Shown here piece after piece: positions 48,458-59,131 of a stretch of 64,000 bases of DNA. The stretch is from the NCBI GenBank assembly GCA_963664395.2, contig OY761159.2:1760001-1824000 (forward strand), given 5' to 3'. The notes below the pieces were generated by a model. It was not told where the DNA came from. It made no database searches and was given only the letters and a program-made list of their open reading frames with translations. The first letter of the stretch is position 1. Every line of letters begins with the position of its first letter. Source of the DNA: Candidatus Binatia bacterium (lineage in GTDB: Bacteria > Desulfobacterota > Binatia > Bin18). Position numbers and translations under genes: made by a program.

Positions 48458-49336
48458 ATGACACGCATACCAATAAACGGCGTCAGCCTGCATGTTGAAG
48501 AGACCGGCTCCGGAGAGTCGATTATCTTTGTCCACGAGTTTGGCGGCGACACACGAAGCTGGCAGCCGCAAGTCGAGCATTTCTCTCGTCACTATCGGTG
48601 CGTAGTCTATAACGATCGGGGCTATCCACCCTCAGATGTTCCTGAAGACGAGAGGCTCTACGGCCAGCAGCTCTCCACTGCTGATCTGAAGGGGGTGCTT
48701 GATGCGCTCGATATTGAGCGGGCGTTTGTGGTCGGCCTGAGTATGGGAGCCTATACGGGCCTCATGCTCACCATGCAGCACCCTGAACGAGTCCGTGCGC
48801 TGGTGTTTGCCAGTGGTGGTTCGGGCGCGTATCCGGAAACGCGCACACAGTTCTTAGCCGATACCAACGCCGTGGCAGAGAAAATATTACAGGCGAACTC
48901 GGTCGATGCGTCGGGAATTTCCTCCGGCCCCAGCCGGGTACAGCTTCAGAACAAAAACCGGACGGTCTGGGAGCAGTTTGCGGCCCACCTGTCTGAACAT
49001 TCCGCCCTGGGCTCAGCCTATACCTTGCGTCACGTCCAGGCCGAACGGCCCTCGCTGTACGATCTCGCCGCTGAGCTGCGGGCGGTGACGACGCCGACAC
49101 TCTTGGTTGTCGGCGATGAAGATGAATCCTGTCTGGATGTCAATCTGCATCTCAAACGCACCATGCCCTACGTAGGACTCAGCATCTTTCCGAAAAGCGG
49201 CCATCTATTGAACCTGGAAGAGCCCGAACGATTTAATGTTTTGATCGACGAATTCTTTCAGACGGTACAAGCCGGACAGTGGAGCCGCCGAGACCCACGC
49301 TCGGAGACGGTCAGCGCGTTTGGGCAAAAACCGTAG
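48458..49336 (+). CDS. Alpha/beta hydrolase
   Basis: VHEFGGD, GLSMG and SGHLLNLEEP motifs. Confidence 0.9.
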   Translation: MTRIPINGVSLHVEETGSGESIIFVHEFGGDTRSWQPQVEHFSRHYRCVVYNDRGYPPSDVPEDERLYGQQLSTADLKGVLDALDIERAFVVGLSMGAYTGLMLTMQHPERVRALVFASGGSGAYPETRTQFLADTNAVAEKILQANSVDASGISSGPSRVQLQNKNRTVWEQFAAHLSEHSALGSAYTLRHVQAERPSLYDLAAELRAVTTPTLLVVGDEDESCLDVNLHLKRTMPYVGLSIFPKSGHLLNLEEPERFNVLIDEFFQTVQAGQWSRRDPRSETVSAFGQKP

Positions 49337-49447
49337 TCCGGTTGCCCACTGTCTGCTCTTTTCCCGCCCCCCGGCCGGGAACGGGAAAGAGTACGGGTCG
49401 CCGGGAAGCATATGTCCCTGAGACTCCGCCGTTCCTTTCTTGTGGCC

Positions 49448-50209
49448 CTACTGGGCAACCCAACCGCCATCAACAACCATCGGATGGCCAGTCACAAACG
49501 ACGCTGCATCCGAACAGAGCCATACCACGGCTTCGGCAATCTCCTCGGGCTTTCCCAATCGCCCAATCGGCTCTTTGGCGGTCATACCGTCTTCTATGCG
49601 GGGGTCTAGCTCCATGCCGCGCTCAAACATCGGTGTCCGGATGACCCCCGGACAGACGGCGTTCACTCGAATGCCGGCTTTGGCGTATTCCAGTGCGGCG
49701 GTCTTGGTCAGTCCGACCACACCGTGCTTGGCGGCCACATAAGCGGGTCCACTCCGAAACCCAACCAGACCGGCAACTGAGGCGGTATTGACAATCGCGC
49801 CACTGCCTTGCGTCAGCATATGCTGGAGCTCATATTTCATGCACAGCCACACCCCGGTCAGGTTAATCGCAATCACCCGGTCCCAGTGTTTGGGTGTATA
49901 ATCGCCGGTCCGCGCAGCCGCCCCCGCAATTCCGGCGTTGTTGAAGGCGCAGTCAAGCCGCCCATACGTCTCCACCGTTTGCTTGACTAAGGCCTCGACT
50001 TCCGCAGCCTGGGCAACGTCGGTTTGCACGAACACGGCCTCGCCCCCAGCGGACTTGATGAAATTGACCGTCTGCTCTCCACCCTCAACAACCACATCGG
50101 AAACAACGACCGATGCGCCTTCGCGGGCTAAGGCTAATGACGTAGACCGCCCAATACCCGACCCGCCGCCGGTCACCAATGCAATTTTTCCATCTACTTG
50201 GCCTGCCAT
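49448..50209 (-). CDS. Short-chain dehydrogenase/reductase
   Basis: TGGGSGIG, NNAG and YVAAK motifs. Confidence 0.92.
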   Translation of the reverse strand: MAGQVDGKIALVTGGGSGIGRSTSLALAREGASVVVSDVVVEGGEQTVNFIKSAGGEAVFVQTDVAQAAEVEALVKQTVETYGRLDCAFNNAGIAGAAARTGDYTPKHWDRVIAINLTGVWLCMKYELQHMLTQGSGAIVNTASVAGLVGFRSGPAYVAAKHGVVGLTKTAALEYAKAGIRVNAVCPGVIRTPMFERGMELDPRIEDGMTAKEPIGRLGKPEEIAEAVVWLCSDAASFVTGHPMVVDGGWVAQ

Positions 50210-50442
50210 GATGCTGTATTCCTCCTTGCTCTGTGTCAGAACGTTTCTTCTAGCGTGTCGGAGGCTATCAATCAAAGGGAAAGCATAGCTCGAAGGGGTC
50301 TCGCCCCTCCACAGAGCTGGATGAGACAGTGTGCGGATGAGCACCCCTGCCGCGAGCAGCAAGGTTTTTTCCGACAGACTAGCGACGTTCCGAAAAAAGA
50401 TGTTATGCTGTCGGGCCGACTGCATAAGAAGGGTAAAGCATT

Positions 50443-52296
50443 ATGCAACAGCGCGGATTTCGGAGCAGCATCACGACCCAAGGCCGACGTATGGCCGGTG
50501 CGCGCGCCCTGTGGCGGGCGACCGGTATGAAAAAAGAAGATTTCCAAAAACCGATCATTGCCATTGCCAACTCGTTTACTCAGTTCGTGCCCGGTCATGT
50601 TCATCTGCACGAGGTCGGGCAGCAAGTCAAAAAAGTGATTGATGCCAGCGGCGGCTACGGCGTCGAGTTCAATACGATCGCCGTGGATGACGGCATTGCC
50701 ATGGGTCACGACGGCATGCTGTATTCGCTGCCCAGCCGCGAGCTGATTGCCGACAGCGTCGAGTATATGGTCCAGGCGCATAAGGCGGATGCCATGATTT
50801 GCATCTCCAACTGCGACAAGATCACCCCCGGCATGTTGCTGGCGGCCATGCGGCTGAACATCCCGGCCATTTTTGTCTCCGGCGGGCCGATGGAAGCCGG
50901 CAAGGCCGAACTCTCCACCGGCATGGCCAAGCTCGATCTGGTCGACGCCATGATCGGCGCGGGCGACGACTCGCTCAGCGATGAAGATGTCGAGAAAATG
51001 GAAGAGGCGGCCTGTCCGACCTGCGGCTCGTGCTCAGGTATGTTTACCGCCAACAGCATGAACTGCCTGAACGAGGCCATCGGCCTGGCGCTGCCGGGCA
51101 ATGGCACCATCCTGGCCACGCACGCCCTGCGCTGGGAGCTCTTTCAGCGGGCCGGCAGGCGCATTGTCGAGATGGCCAAGGCCTATTATATCGAGGGCGA
51201 CGAATCGGTATTACCACGCAGCATTGCCACGTTTGAAGCCTTTGAAAACGCGATCACCCTGGCCATCGCCATGGGTGGATCAACCAACACGGTTCTCCAT
51301 TTATTGGCTGCTGCCCAAGAGGCGGAAGTCGATTTCAGCATGGCTGATATCGACCGGCTGTCCCGCTCCGTACCGTGTGTCTGCAAGCTCGCCCCGGCCT
51401 CGGCCCTCTACCATATTGAAGACTGTGCCCGCGCCGGCGGCATTGCGACTATCCTGGGTGAACTGGACCGTGCCGGGAAACTGCATACCAACGTCAAGAC
51501 AGTCACCGGCCAGACCCTGGGCGAAATGCTCGACACCAACGACATCCGCCGCGAGCGCACGGACGAGTTTGCCCACAAACGCAGTCTGGCGGCTCCGTGT
51601 AATATCCGAACCAAAGAAGCTTTTTCGCAGAATCCGTATTACGACGCCCCGGACAAGGACGCGATCAATGGCTGTATTCGCGCGGCTGAGTTTGCCTACA
51701 GCCAGGACGGCGGTCTGGCCGTCCTGTACGGCAATCTGGCCGAGGACGGCTGTATTGTCAAAACCGCTGGGGTGGATGAGTCCATCTGGGTCATGGAAGG
51801 ACCGGCGCGTATCTTTGAATCCCAGGACGCAGCCTGTGAAGGCATCCTCGGCGACCAGTTGCGGCCCGGCGACGTGGTGGTCATTCGCTATGAAGGTCCG
51901 CGCGGCGGACCGGGTATGCAGGAAATGCTCTACCCGACTTCCTATATCAAGTCCAAACATCTCGGCGACAAATGCGCACTCGTGACTGATGGTCGTTTCA
52001 GTGGCGGCACCAGCGGTCTGTCGATCGGGCATGTGTCGCCCGAAGCCGCGGAAGGCGGTGTCATTGCCCTGGTCGAGGAGGGTGACATCATAAAAATCGA
52101 TATCCCACAGCGTTCGATCAACGTCCTGCTCTCAACAGACGAGTTGGCCGAACGGCGGAAGAAGATGGAAGCCAAAGGCACGGACGCCTACAAGCCGCTC
52201 GGACGCAAACGCCCGGTGTCAGCAGCCTTGCGGGCCTATGCGGCGCTGACCACAAGCGCGGCCCGAGGAGCGGTCCGCGACGTGACACAGGTATAG
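50443..52296 (+). CDS. ilvD: Dihydroxy-acid dehydratase
   Basis: [43 protein letters not shown] and TDGRFSGG motifs. Confidence 0.97.
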   Translation: MQQRGFRSSITTQGRRMAGARALWRATGMKKEDFQKPIIAIANSFTQFVPGHVHLHEVGQQVKKVIDASGGYGVEFNTIAVDDGIAMGHDGMLYSLPSRELIADSVEYMVQAHKADAMICISNCDKITPGMLLAAMRLNIPAIFVSGGPMEAGKAELSTGMAKLDLVDAMIGAGDDSLSDEDVEKMEEAACPTCGSCSGMFTANSMNCLNEAIGLALPGNGTILATHALRWELFQRAGRRIVEMAKAYYIEGDESVLPRSIATFEAFENAITLAIAMGGSTNTVLHLLAAAQEAEVDFSMADIDRLSRSVPCVCKLAPASALYHIEDCARAGGIATILGELDRAGKLHTNVKTVTGQTLGEMLDTNDIRRERTDEFAHKRSLAAPCNIRTKEAFSQNPYYDAPDKDAINGCIRAAEFAYSQDGGLAVLYGNLAEDGCIVKTAGVDESIWVMEGPARIFESQDAACEGILGDQLRPGDVVVIRYEGPRGGPGMQEMLYPTSYIKSKHLGDKCALVTDGRFSGGTSGLSIGHVSPEAAEGGVIALVEEGDIIKIDIPQRSINVLLSTDELAERRKKMEAKGTDAYKPLGRKRPVSAALRAYAALTTSAARGAVRDVTQV

Positions 52297-52351
52297 CGGG
52301 AGACTCCCCCTCACCCTAGCCCTCTCCCCCCAGACGTGTGATGCAAAAAGG

Positions 52352-52442
52352 AACCCACCCCGCCGCTGACGCGGCACCCCTCCGAGGAGGGGATGTGTTC
52401 TGCTCCCCTCCTCGGAGGGGTGGCCGTAGGCCGGGGTGGGTT
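52352..52442. repeat. Long palindromic intergenic REP-like element
   Basis: AACCCACCCCG...CACCCCTCCGAGGAGGGGA / TCCCCTCCTCGGAGGGGTG...CGGGGTGGGTT. A related fragment GGAGGGGTGGCCCGAAG occurs near 16099. Confidence 0.7.
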
Positions 52443-52543
52443 GTCCCCCGCCCGGCGGCCACAGCGCGTCTGGCGAGCGCAGGTTCATGGGAGTGTGCAT
52501 CACACGTTCCAGGAGAGAGGAAATTTTTGACAAGGACCACCGC

Positions 52544-53917
52544 ATGAGTGACCCCACCAAATACCTGCTTGAAGAACACCGGCTGCCCACGGCCTGGTAT
52601 AATATCAACGCCGACCTGCCGGTGCCCTTGATGCCGCCGCTCCACCCCGAGACAAAACAGCCGGTCACGCCCGAGTACCTCACGTCCTTTGCCCTCACCT
52701 CTCTGCTCGCTCAGGATGTCAGCCAGGAGCGCTATATCGAGATCCCGGAGCCGGTCCGCGATATTTATAAACTCTGGCGGCCAACCCCCTTTTTTCGGGC
52801 TCGTCGCCTGGAGCAGGCGCTCCAGACCCCAGCCCATATCTATTACAAATACGAGGGCGTCAGCCCGGTTGGTTCACATAAGCCCAACACGGCCGTGGCG
52901 CAGGCATTTTATGCCAAGCAGGAAGGGGTCAAGACGCTGACGACGGAAACGGGCGCGGGCCAGTGGGGCACGGCGCTGGCCATGGCCTGCAATATGTTCG
53001 GGCTGGGCTGCGAAGTGTATATGGTCCGTATCTCGTTTCAGCAAAAGCCCTATCGCCGCCACGTGATTGAAACCTATGGGGCGGAAGTGTTTGCCAGTCC
53101 GTCCGACCGGACCGTGGTCGGCCGGCGGTTTCTGGCCGAGAACCCGGACCATCCCGGTTCCCTGGGGATGGCGGTCTCGGAAGGGATCGAAGCGGCCCAA
53201 CAGTCCGGCGGGACAAAAAAATACACCCTGGGCTCGGTTCTGCCGCACGTCCTGTTACATCAGACCATTATCGGTGAAGAGACCCTGCTGCAAATGGAAA
53301 TGGCCGGCGAATACCCGGATATTGTCATCGGCTGCGCCGGGGGCGGGTCGAATTTTGCCGGTTTTGCCTTTCCCTTTGTCCGAGAAAAACTCAAGCAGGG
53401 CAAAAACACGCGCATCATCGCGGTTGAGCCGGCCGCCTGTCCGACCCTCACCAAGGGCGCCTTCACCTGGGACTGGGCCGACGCCGGCTGTGTCGCGCCG
53501 ATCTGTCAGATGTATACGCTGGGTCATACGTTTATGCCGGCGACCATCCATGCCGGCGGGTTGCGCTATCATGGCATGTCGCCGCAGGTGAGTGCGCTGG
53601 TGCACAGCGGTCATATCGAGGCCACCGCGCTCGATCAGCTTGCGACCTTTGAGGCGGGCGTGGCGTTTGCCAAGGCCGAAGGGATTGTGCCGGCGCCCGA
53701 GTCAAATCATGCGATCTGCGTCGCAATGAACGAGGCCGTGCAGTGCCGGGAAAGCGGCGAAAAGAAAGTCATTGCGTTTAATCTGAGCGGCCACGGTCAT
53801 TTTGATATGAGCGCCTATGCCGATTACCACGCCGGAAAACTGGAACGCTATGAGTATCCGGCCGAGGAGATTGAACGGGCCATGCAGACACTGCCTGAGG
53901 TAAGCTTTGCGGGGTGA
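52544..53917 (+). CDS. trpB2: Tryptophan synthase beta-like enzyme, type 2
   Basis: [27 protein letters not shown] and HAGGLRYHG motifs. Confidence 0.95.
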   Translation: MSDPTKYLLEEHRLPTAWYNINADLPVPLMPPLHPETKQPVTPEYLTSFALTSLLAQDVSQERYIEIPEPVRDIYKLWRPTPFFRARRLEQALQTPAHIYYKYEGVSPVGSHKPNTAVAQAFYAKQEGVKTLTTETGAGQWGTALAMACNMFGLGCEVYMVRISFQQKPYRRHVIETYGAEVFASPSDRTVVGRRFLAENPDHPGSLGMAVSEGIEAAQQSGGTKKYTLGSVLPHVLLHQTIIGEETLLQMEMAGEYPDIVIGCAGGGSNFAGFAFPFVREKLKQGKNTRIIAVEPAACPTLTKGAFTWDWADAGCVAPICQMYTLGHTFMPATIHAGGLRYHGMSPQVSALVHSGHIEATALDQLATFEAGVAFAKAEGIVPAPESNHAICVAMNEAVQCRESGEKKVIAFNLSGHGHFDMSAYADYHAGKLERYEYPAEEIERAMQTLPEVSFAG

Positions 53918-53925
53918 GATGCACT

Positions 53926-54060
53926 AACTCGGTGATCTTGTCGCGCCACATTCCGAACGCCGAGCTGCTCATCCTGTCCAACGTCAGCCACTTGTTCAAT
54001 ATCGAGTGACCGCAGACCACCGTGGAGAGTGTGACCGGCTTTATCAACGGCCAGCGCGAG
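53926..54060 (+). pseudogene. C-terminal remnant of an alpha/beta hydrolase
   Basis: NSVILSRHIPNAELLILSNVSHLFNIE*PQTTVESVTGFI, with an internal stop. Confidence 0.55.
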
Positions 54061-54115
54061 TGGCTGGACTGGGGGAACAGGGCTGTCATGACATTCATCA
54101 TAATGGAGGTGTTAC

Positions 54116-54412
54116 ATGTACGACACGCTATCTCCTGTACAGAAGGAGAAATTCCTTGCCATATCGGGAGAAATGTATAAGGAGGCGACAGAAGGGAATT
54201 TTTTAACAAAATATCCTTATAACAACAAGGATTGGAAGTTGTCTCCTTGGCGTTTTACTTTCGTGCTGGAAAAGGAAACTGGTTACTTTGTATGCGAATT
54301 GTCTCACCGGATGACAAACAATCGTATTTACGGGTGGGATCAAGAGGGCAATGAATTGCCTAGAGAAGTTTTGCATAAATTTTTTAAGCCTGATCTTGTT
54401 TTCAAAAGCTAG
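54116..54412 (+). CDS. Hypothetical AT-rich small protein
   Basis: 98-aa ORF with RBS GGAGG. Confidence 0.55.
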   Translation: MYDTLSPVQKEKFLAISGEMYKEATEGNFLTKYPYNNKDWKLSPWRFTFVLEKETGYFVCELSHRMTNNRIYGWDQEGNELPREVLHKFFKPDLVFKS

Positions 54413-54434
54413 AAGATTACAGGAGGTATCAGCT

Positions 54435-55619
54435 ATGACCGACCCCACTCTGATAAGCGCCGCCCCCAACCTTGTTCGTTTTCTCTGCAACGTCAGTACT
54501 GCTCCCGCCAATCCGGCAACGCGGCGCGACCGGAGCCGCGGCGTCCTGCTTGGCTTGGCCGTCGGTAACGTCTTGGGTCTTCCAGTAGAGGGTCGGTGGT
54601 ACTATGAGATTGACGACCGTTACCCAGACGGCGTCATTGAGGCAAACCCGAAAGCAAAATCCCGTCTGATGGATGATGACCTAGCCCAAGCCGTGGATTT
54701 GGGCGAAGCGCTGCTCGCGGACAGCGATGCCGTCCGCGATTTCGCCAGGCGGCTGGTGATCTGGCGTCATGAGAACGGGCACGGTATTGGGAACACCACC
54801 AAAATCGTCGTCGGTCTACTGGAAATACTGGAAACACTGGAAGAAGGAACGCCCCCGCCAGAGGTAGCCCGCGTTTTCTACGAACGCGAACCTCATCGCT
54901 CTTTCTACGAATACGATTCTCCTTTCCCCGATCTACTGACCGCTCTACTGGAAACACTGGAAGAAGGAACGCCCCCGCCGGAGGCAGTCCGCTTTTTCCC
55001 AGCCCGCGTTTTCTACGAACGCCATCCCATTGCCCCTAACGGCGGCCTCATGCGCTGCGCCCCCGTTGCGGTCGCTCACCACAGCGCCCCTGAGCTGTTG
55101 GTTCGTGACTCTGCCGCCCTCTGCGCTGTCACACATTACGCCCCGACTGCCCAGTGGTCCTGCATCGTCATCAATTCCGCCATCACCCTGTTGCTCCGTG
55201 GCGCCGCCCCGGATTTGCACGCCTTGCTTACCGCAGTGTCTGCCGACGGTGCGCCTGATATGCTCGCCGCGGCGTCCACCGATGACATTCCTACTGATGT
55301 ACTGGCCAGTATTGCCGGCGGTCAGCCCATCGTTGCTGACGCTTCGTGGTTACGGTGTGACCAGCACCTGATTGGCCACACCCTGTTGACGATGCAGGTC
55401 GGCTTGTGGGCGGTGGCGACACCGCTGGATTTTGAGGCAGCGCTGGTGCAGATCGTTAGTGCTGGCGGCGACACCGACACCAACGGCGCTGTGGCAGGTG
55501 CCGTACTGGGTGCCCGCTACGGGGCGGCGGCTATTCCCCAACGTTGGCTGGACTGTATTCCTGAGCGCGAACGGATCGAAACGCTGGCTGATAACTTATC
55601 GGCGTTCCCTCCTGAATAA
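54435..55619 (+). CDS. ADP-ribosylglycohydrolase (DraG/ARH family)
   Basis: GLAVGNVLG, MDDD, NGGLMRCAP and GGDTDTNGAVAGA motifs. Confidence 0.92.
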   Translation: MTDPTLISAAPNLVRFLCNVSTAPANPATRRDRSRGVLLGLAVGNVLGLPVEGRWYYEIDDRYPDGVIEANPKAKSRLMDDDLAQAVDLGEALLADSDAVRDFARRLVIWRHENGHGIGNTTKIVVGLLEILETLEEGTPPPEVARVFYEREPHRSFYEYDSPFPDLLTALLETLEEGTPPPEAVRFFPARVFYERHPIAPNGGLMRCAPVAVAHHSAPELLVRDSAALCAVTHYAPTAQWSCIVINSAITLLLRGAAPDLHALLTAVSADGAPDMLAAASTDDIPTDVLASIAGGQPIVADASWLRCDQHLIGHTLLTMQVGLWAVATPLDFEAALVQIVSAGGDTDTNGAVAGAVLGARYGAAAIPQRWLDCIPERERIETLADNLSAFPPE

Positions 55620-55791
55620 GCTGGTCCATATACGTGATTTTCTATCTGGTGCATGCTATAAACCCAGGCCAAGATAGCCGGGACAGCTACTAAAGTGTCT
55701 GCCGTGTGGAGAGTGAGGCTGAGATCTTCTATCCTCGCCGGGGTAAGCTATCTCCCGCGCAGCGTAGTATACACATGGACGGAAGGCTGGT

Positions 55792-57267
55792 GTGACAGTG
55801 GATAATCGAGACCGCTCGGCCACTGCTCAGCCGTCGTTCGACGGAAGGTGGATGGCCGAGGCGACCCCCGCCGAGGTCAAAGCGTTGCTCGACCGAGGTG
55901 CCGATCCCCAGGCGCGGGACAAGAACGGCTGGACACCCTTGCACTTGGCGGCGCAGTTCAACAGGAACCCGGCGGTGGTCACCCTATTGCTTGACCGGGG
56001 GGCCGATCCCCAGGCGCGGACCAAGGGCGGCACAACGCCCTTGCACGGGGCGGCGCAGTCCACGGTCACCCTAGATGACCCAGCGGTGGACGCCCTGCTC
56101 CCGGCGGTGGTCACCCTATTGCTTGACCGGGGGGCCGATCCCCAGGCGCGGGACGAGAACGGCACAACGCCCTTGCACAGGGCGGCGCAGTTCAACGAAA
56201 ACCCGGCGGTGGTCACCCTACTGCTTAACCGGGGGGCCGATCCCCAGGCGCGGGACGAGAACGGCACAACGCCCTTGCACAGGGCGGCGCAGTTCAACGA
56301 AAACCCGGCGGTGGTCACCCTATTGCTTAACCGGGGGGCCGATCTCCAGGCGCGGGACAAGAACGGTACAACACCCTTGCACGGGGCGACGCCGTTCAAT
56401 GACCCGGCGGTAGTCGCCCTGCTGCTTGACCGGGGGGCCGATCTCCAGGCGCAGGACAAGGATGGTACAACACCCTTGCACTTGGCAGCGCAGTTCAACA
56501 GGAACCCGGCGGTGGTCACCCTACTGCTTGACCGGGGCGCCGACCCCAGGGCACGCGACAAGAACGGCGCGACGCCTGGATTGGATGCCCTGTCACATCG
56601 GTACGTCCAGTACCAGAAGGACCTCTGGAAGGACAGGAGAGAGAAGCTAGGGGTTAGGCTGCTCATGAATTTTTTGCCAACCGGCTTCAACTTGATGAGG
56701 AGACTGACACTACTGTTTGAGCCTGTGTTTGATCTTGAGCCGGACATCCAGATGGTAAAGAAGGGATGGACATGGCCGGCCTTTTTTTTCGTGCTGGCGT
56801 GGGCGTTTTTGATACGTATTGCAGGAAATGTTCTTCGAGAGAACCCATCTCTGGAGGGACTGCTGAGCGCTATTGGGCTGCCAGGCACCTCTCTTCTGGA
56901 TGGGCTCATATTTGTGGGTATCGTCGTAGCAATTGTTCCGGGAATCCTGTTGTTGGTGATCCTGGTCATATGGGTCTTACCTGCCGCTCTCCTTCCGTTG
57001 CTGGGGGTACCCGTTGTGTGGCGACAGATTACGCGGTTTCACTGGGCTCGCGCTGTCCTCCTCTCTCTGTTGTTGGTAGCGCCCGTTGTGTGGTTCCCGT
57101 TAGGAACGTCCGATGGTCTCTTGATGGGCCTTGCGTTCGTTTTTGCCTGCATTTTTGGCCGACGGGGGAATGGCTGGAGGGAGCAGAATCTTTTGCGGCG
57201 AGGATACGAATATCGTGAGACGGTCATTGCACGCCAATCCCTTGTGAAGATCTACGTCAGGGATTGA
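55792..57267 (+). CDS. Ankyrin-repeat protein fused to a membrane DUF2628-like domain
   Basis: About 6-7 near-identical repeats (ARDKNGxTPLHxAAQFNxNPAVVTLLLDRGADPQ); C-terminal KKGWTWPAFFF and GNGWREQNLLRRGY; TM helices. Confidence 0.85.
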   Translation: MTVDNRDRSATAQPSFDGRWMAEATPAEVKALLDRGADPQARDKNGWTPLHLAAQFNRNPAVVTLLLDRGADPQARTKGGTTPLHGAAQSTVTLDDPAVDALLPAVVTLLLDRGADPQARDENGTTPLHRAAQFNENPAVVTLLLNRGADPQARDENGTTPLHRAAQFNENPAVVTLLLNRGADLQARDKNGTTPLHGATPFNDPAVVALLLDRGADLQAQDKDGTTPLHLAAQFNRNPAVVTLLLDRGADPRARDKNGATPGLDALSHRYVQYQKDLWKDRREKLGVRLLMNFLPTGFNLMRRLTLLFEPVFDLEPDIQMVKKGWTWPAFFFVLAWAFLIRIAGNVLRENPSLEGLLSAIGLPGTSLLDGLIFVGIVVAIVPGILLLVILVIWVLPAALLPLLGVPVVWRQITRFHWARAVLLSLLLVAPVVWFPLGTSDGLLMGLAFVFACIFGRRGNGWREQNLLRRGYEYRETVIARQSLVKIYVRD

Positions 57268-57330
57268 AAAGGGCTGGCTGCGGAATGATTCTCCGTGCAG
57301 GACCGGTCTCTCTCAATACTTATATTGCAG

Positions 57331-58365
57331 CTACTCGTCGTCTGTGTGGCTAACAAGATGCTGGATATCTGGATTTGACGATCCATAGCTGACGATGGCG
57401 ACGTCGAGGGCAGCATCCTTGTAGAGATCCAAAACGCGTTGGAGGCTGCCCAGGATCCAATCGGTTGCGTTGCCAAACGAGTAGCCGCCGACCAGGGTCA
57501 GAAATACCGTGTTGTTGCCGGTTTTGCGCGAATTTAAGAGGGCCGCGCAGAGCGTGGCCTCATAGGTCGCCTCCAGAATGAGCCGAGCGAACTCCTCCCA
57601 CATGTAGGAAGGAGGCCCTTCTCTCAGCGAACCAGTGACCGGCAAGGCCGAACAATAGGCTTGGGAGACCGTGTGCGTACAGCCAGCGAGTGTCACTTGC
57701 GTGTGCCATTGCAGGCCGATGCGGAGCAACTGGCGCAACACATCCAGCTCCGGCTCACTCGACGCGCGCAGACTCTGCCCGATCTCTCCCAACCCATCAT
57801 GTGAGGCCAACGCATACCCGTTGCGCATTTCCCACAGACGGTTCTCAGTATTGCCCAAGGCCGCGCCGATATCGGCCAGGCAATTAATCTGGTTGGTGGC
57901 GGATTGCCCGGTCTGCCCATTCACGAGGGCAAAGTAGTTGCGATAAATCGTGCCCGCCCCCGCGGCGATGGCACATGCTGGTCCCTGGGTGTGATCCTTC
58001 GCATACCTGGTGATCCCGTCTTCAGGGGTGACCTCCTCATGCACCATTTCGAGTAGATTGAACTGGGAGGCGACCTGAAAAAGCGCATCCGCATTCGCTG
58101 CGTTTGTGTGCAACTCCTGGACGTCAGCAACGACCTCGCGGACCGTCATGGCTCCGGTCTTATACCCACTCGCCTGCACCCGGTGGCGCAGGTCGGCCAA
58201 GGACGGGGTTTCCAGTTCTCCACACATCAGCGTTTTCCCGTTGACACGAGATTGCAATACTTGGCCATCTACGCTGATATTCGCCCGCACCTGCTCGGGA
58301 GACTCTTCCGAGAAGCCGGCCAGTTTTTCAAACCACGTCTCAAATACGGCATGACCATTGGGCAT
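57331..58365 (-). CDS. Hypothetical protein, putative macrodomain/PARG-like fold
   Basis: ALFQVASQFNLLEM, TQGPAC, SQAYCSALP and TLVGGYSFGN (resembling the macrodomain GxGxF loop). Confidence 0.6.
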   Translation of the reverse strand: MPNGHAVFETWFEKLAGFSEESPEQVRANISVDGQVLQSRVNGKTLMCGELETPSLADLRHRVQASGYKTGAMTVREVVADVQELHTNAANADALFQVASQFNLLEMVHEEVTPEDGITRYAKDHTQGPACAIAAGAGTIYRNYFALVNGQTGQSATNQINCLADIGAALGNTENRLWEMRNGYALASHDGLGEIGQSLRASSEPELDVLRQLLRIGLQWHTQVTLAGCTHTVSQAYCSALPVTGSLREGPPSYMWEEFARLILEATYEATLCAALLNSRKTGNNTVFLTLVGGYSFGNATDWILGSLQRVLDLYKDAALDVAIVSYGSSNPDIQHLVSHTDDE

Positions 58366-58559
58366 ACGTTTCTCCTTCAATCTTCCGAAAAGCCGGTCAA
58401 TTCTTCAAATCACTTACCCTTCTTCTTCGATCCAATTCCTGAATAGGTCTGGCGACCCGAGTTATGCCTCTTTCTTCATTACTTTCCCTCCGTATGACGT
58501 ATGGTAGTCCCGACAACTCAACTGAGAAGCGTGCATCAGCGCCCGCTGAACAATAAACC

Positions 58560-58712
58560 ACTGTCAGTTGAACCAGGGACATCCCTGTACGATGGGCTTT
58601 GCCGGGCGTTTTCTGTATCACTTTATAGATATATTCAAACTATCCCGGCAAAAGTTTAGGGATAAAGGATTTATTTTTTGAATTTTGTTGGATTTTTGCT
58701 GTTTATCAGCCC
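58560..58712 (-). mobile_element. Probable IS1595-like element relic (left end + transposase N-terminus)
   Basis: MIQKTPGKAHRTGMSLVQL resembles IS1595 transposase N-termini. The AT-rich segment begins GGGCTGATAAACAG where the pemK fragment breaks off. Confidence 0.4.
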
Positions 58713-58965
58713 CTGTCCCCGCGTCAGGTTCAGATTCGCGGCCCAGACCTCACCTCGGACGGGCTGTCTGCGCCCTTTTCTTTCGCTCACGACTGCCGTG
58801 CTCCGACCCGATTCTGGCCTTCTTCTTCGGTAAGCCGTCCTCCAGTGTGATGTCCCATTCGCTCCGTTCCTGCCCAACCGCTCTCCAGGTCTCGGCATTC
58901 TGGCGAAGGGGCATATAGGCGGCGTTGACTTCCTCAAGAAACCGTCGGCGCCGATAGAGTTCCAT
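58713..58965 (-). pseudogene. Decayed antitoxin + PemK/MazF toxin 5' fragment
   Basis: AMELYRRRRFLEEVNAAY...WDITLEDGL (antitoxin-like, N-terminally truncated), overlapping PVRGEVWAANLNLTRG (PemK N-terminus). Confidence 0.6.
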
Positions 58966-59131
58966 AGCTTTGTCTCTGTCCGTATACGAAAATGTATACT
59001 TTTGGACGAGCGAATAGGTCAATGGTGAAGCAGGCAGCTTGATCGCCCGCGGCACCCTAGTACACTGATGAAGAGATACGCTAGTATGCGGACACAGCTC
59101 CAATGGTCGTGATCCGGAAGGAGAAGAAGCG

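Noticed and set aside
55900-56575. ~99-bp direct repeats considered as a CRISPR or non-coding array
   Set aside because: They are in-frame ankyrin repeats with no unique spacers and no cas genes.
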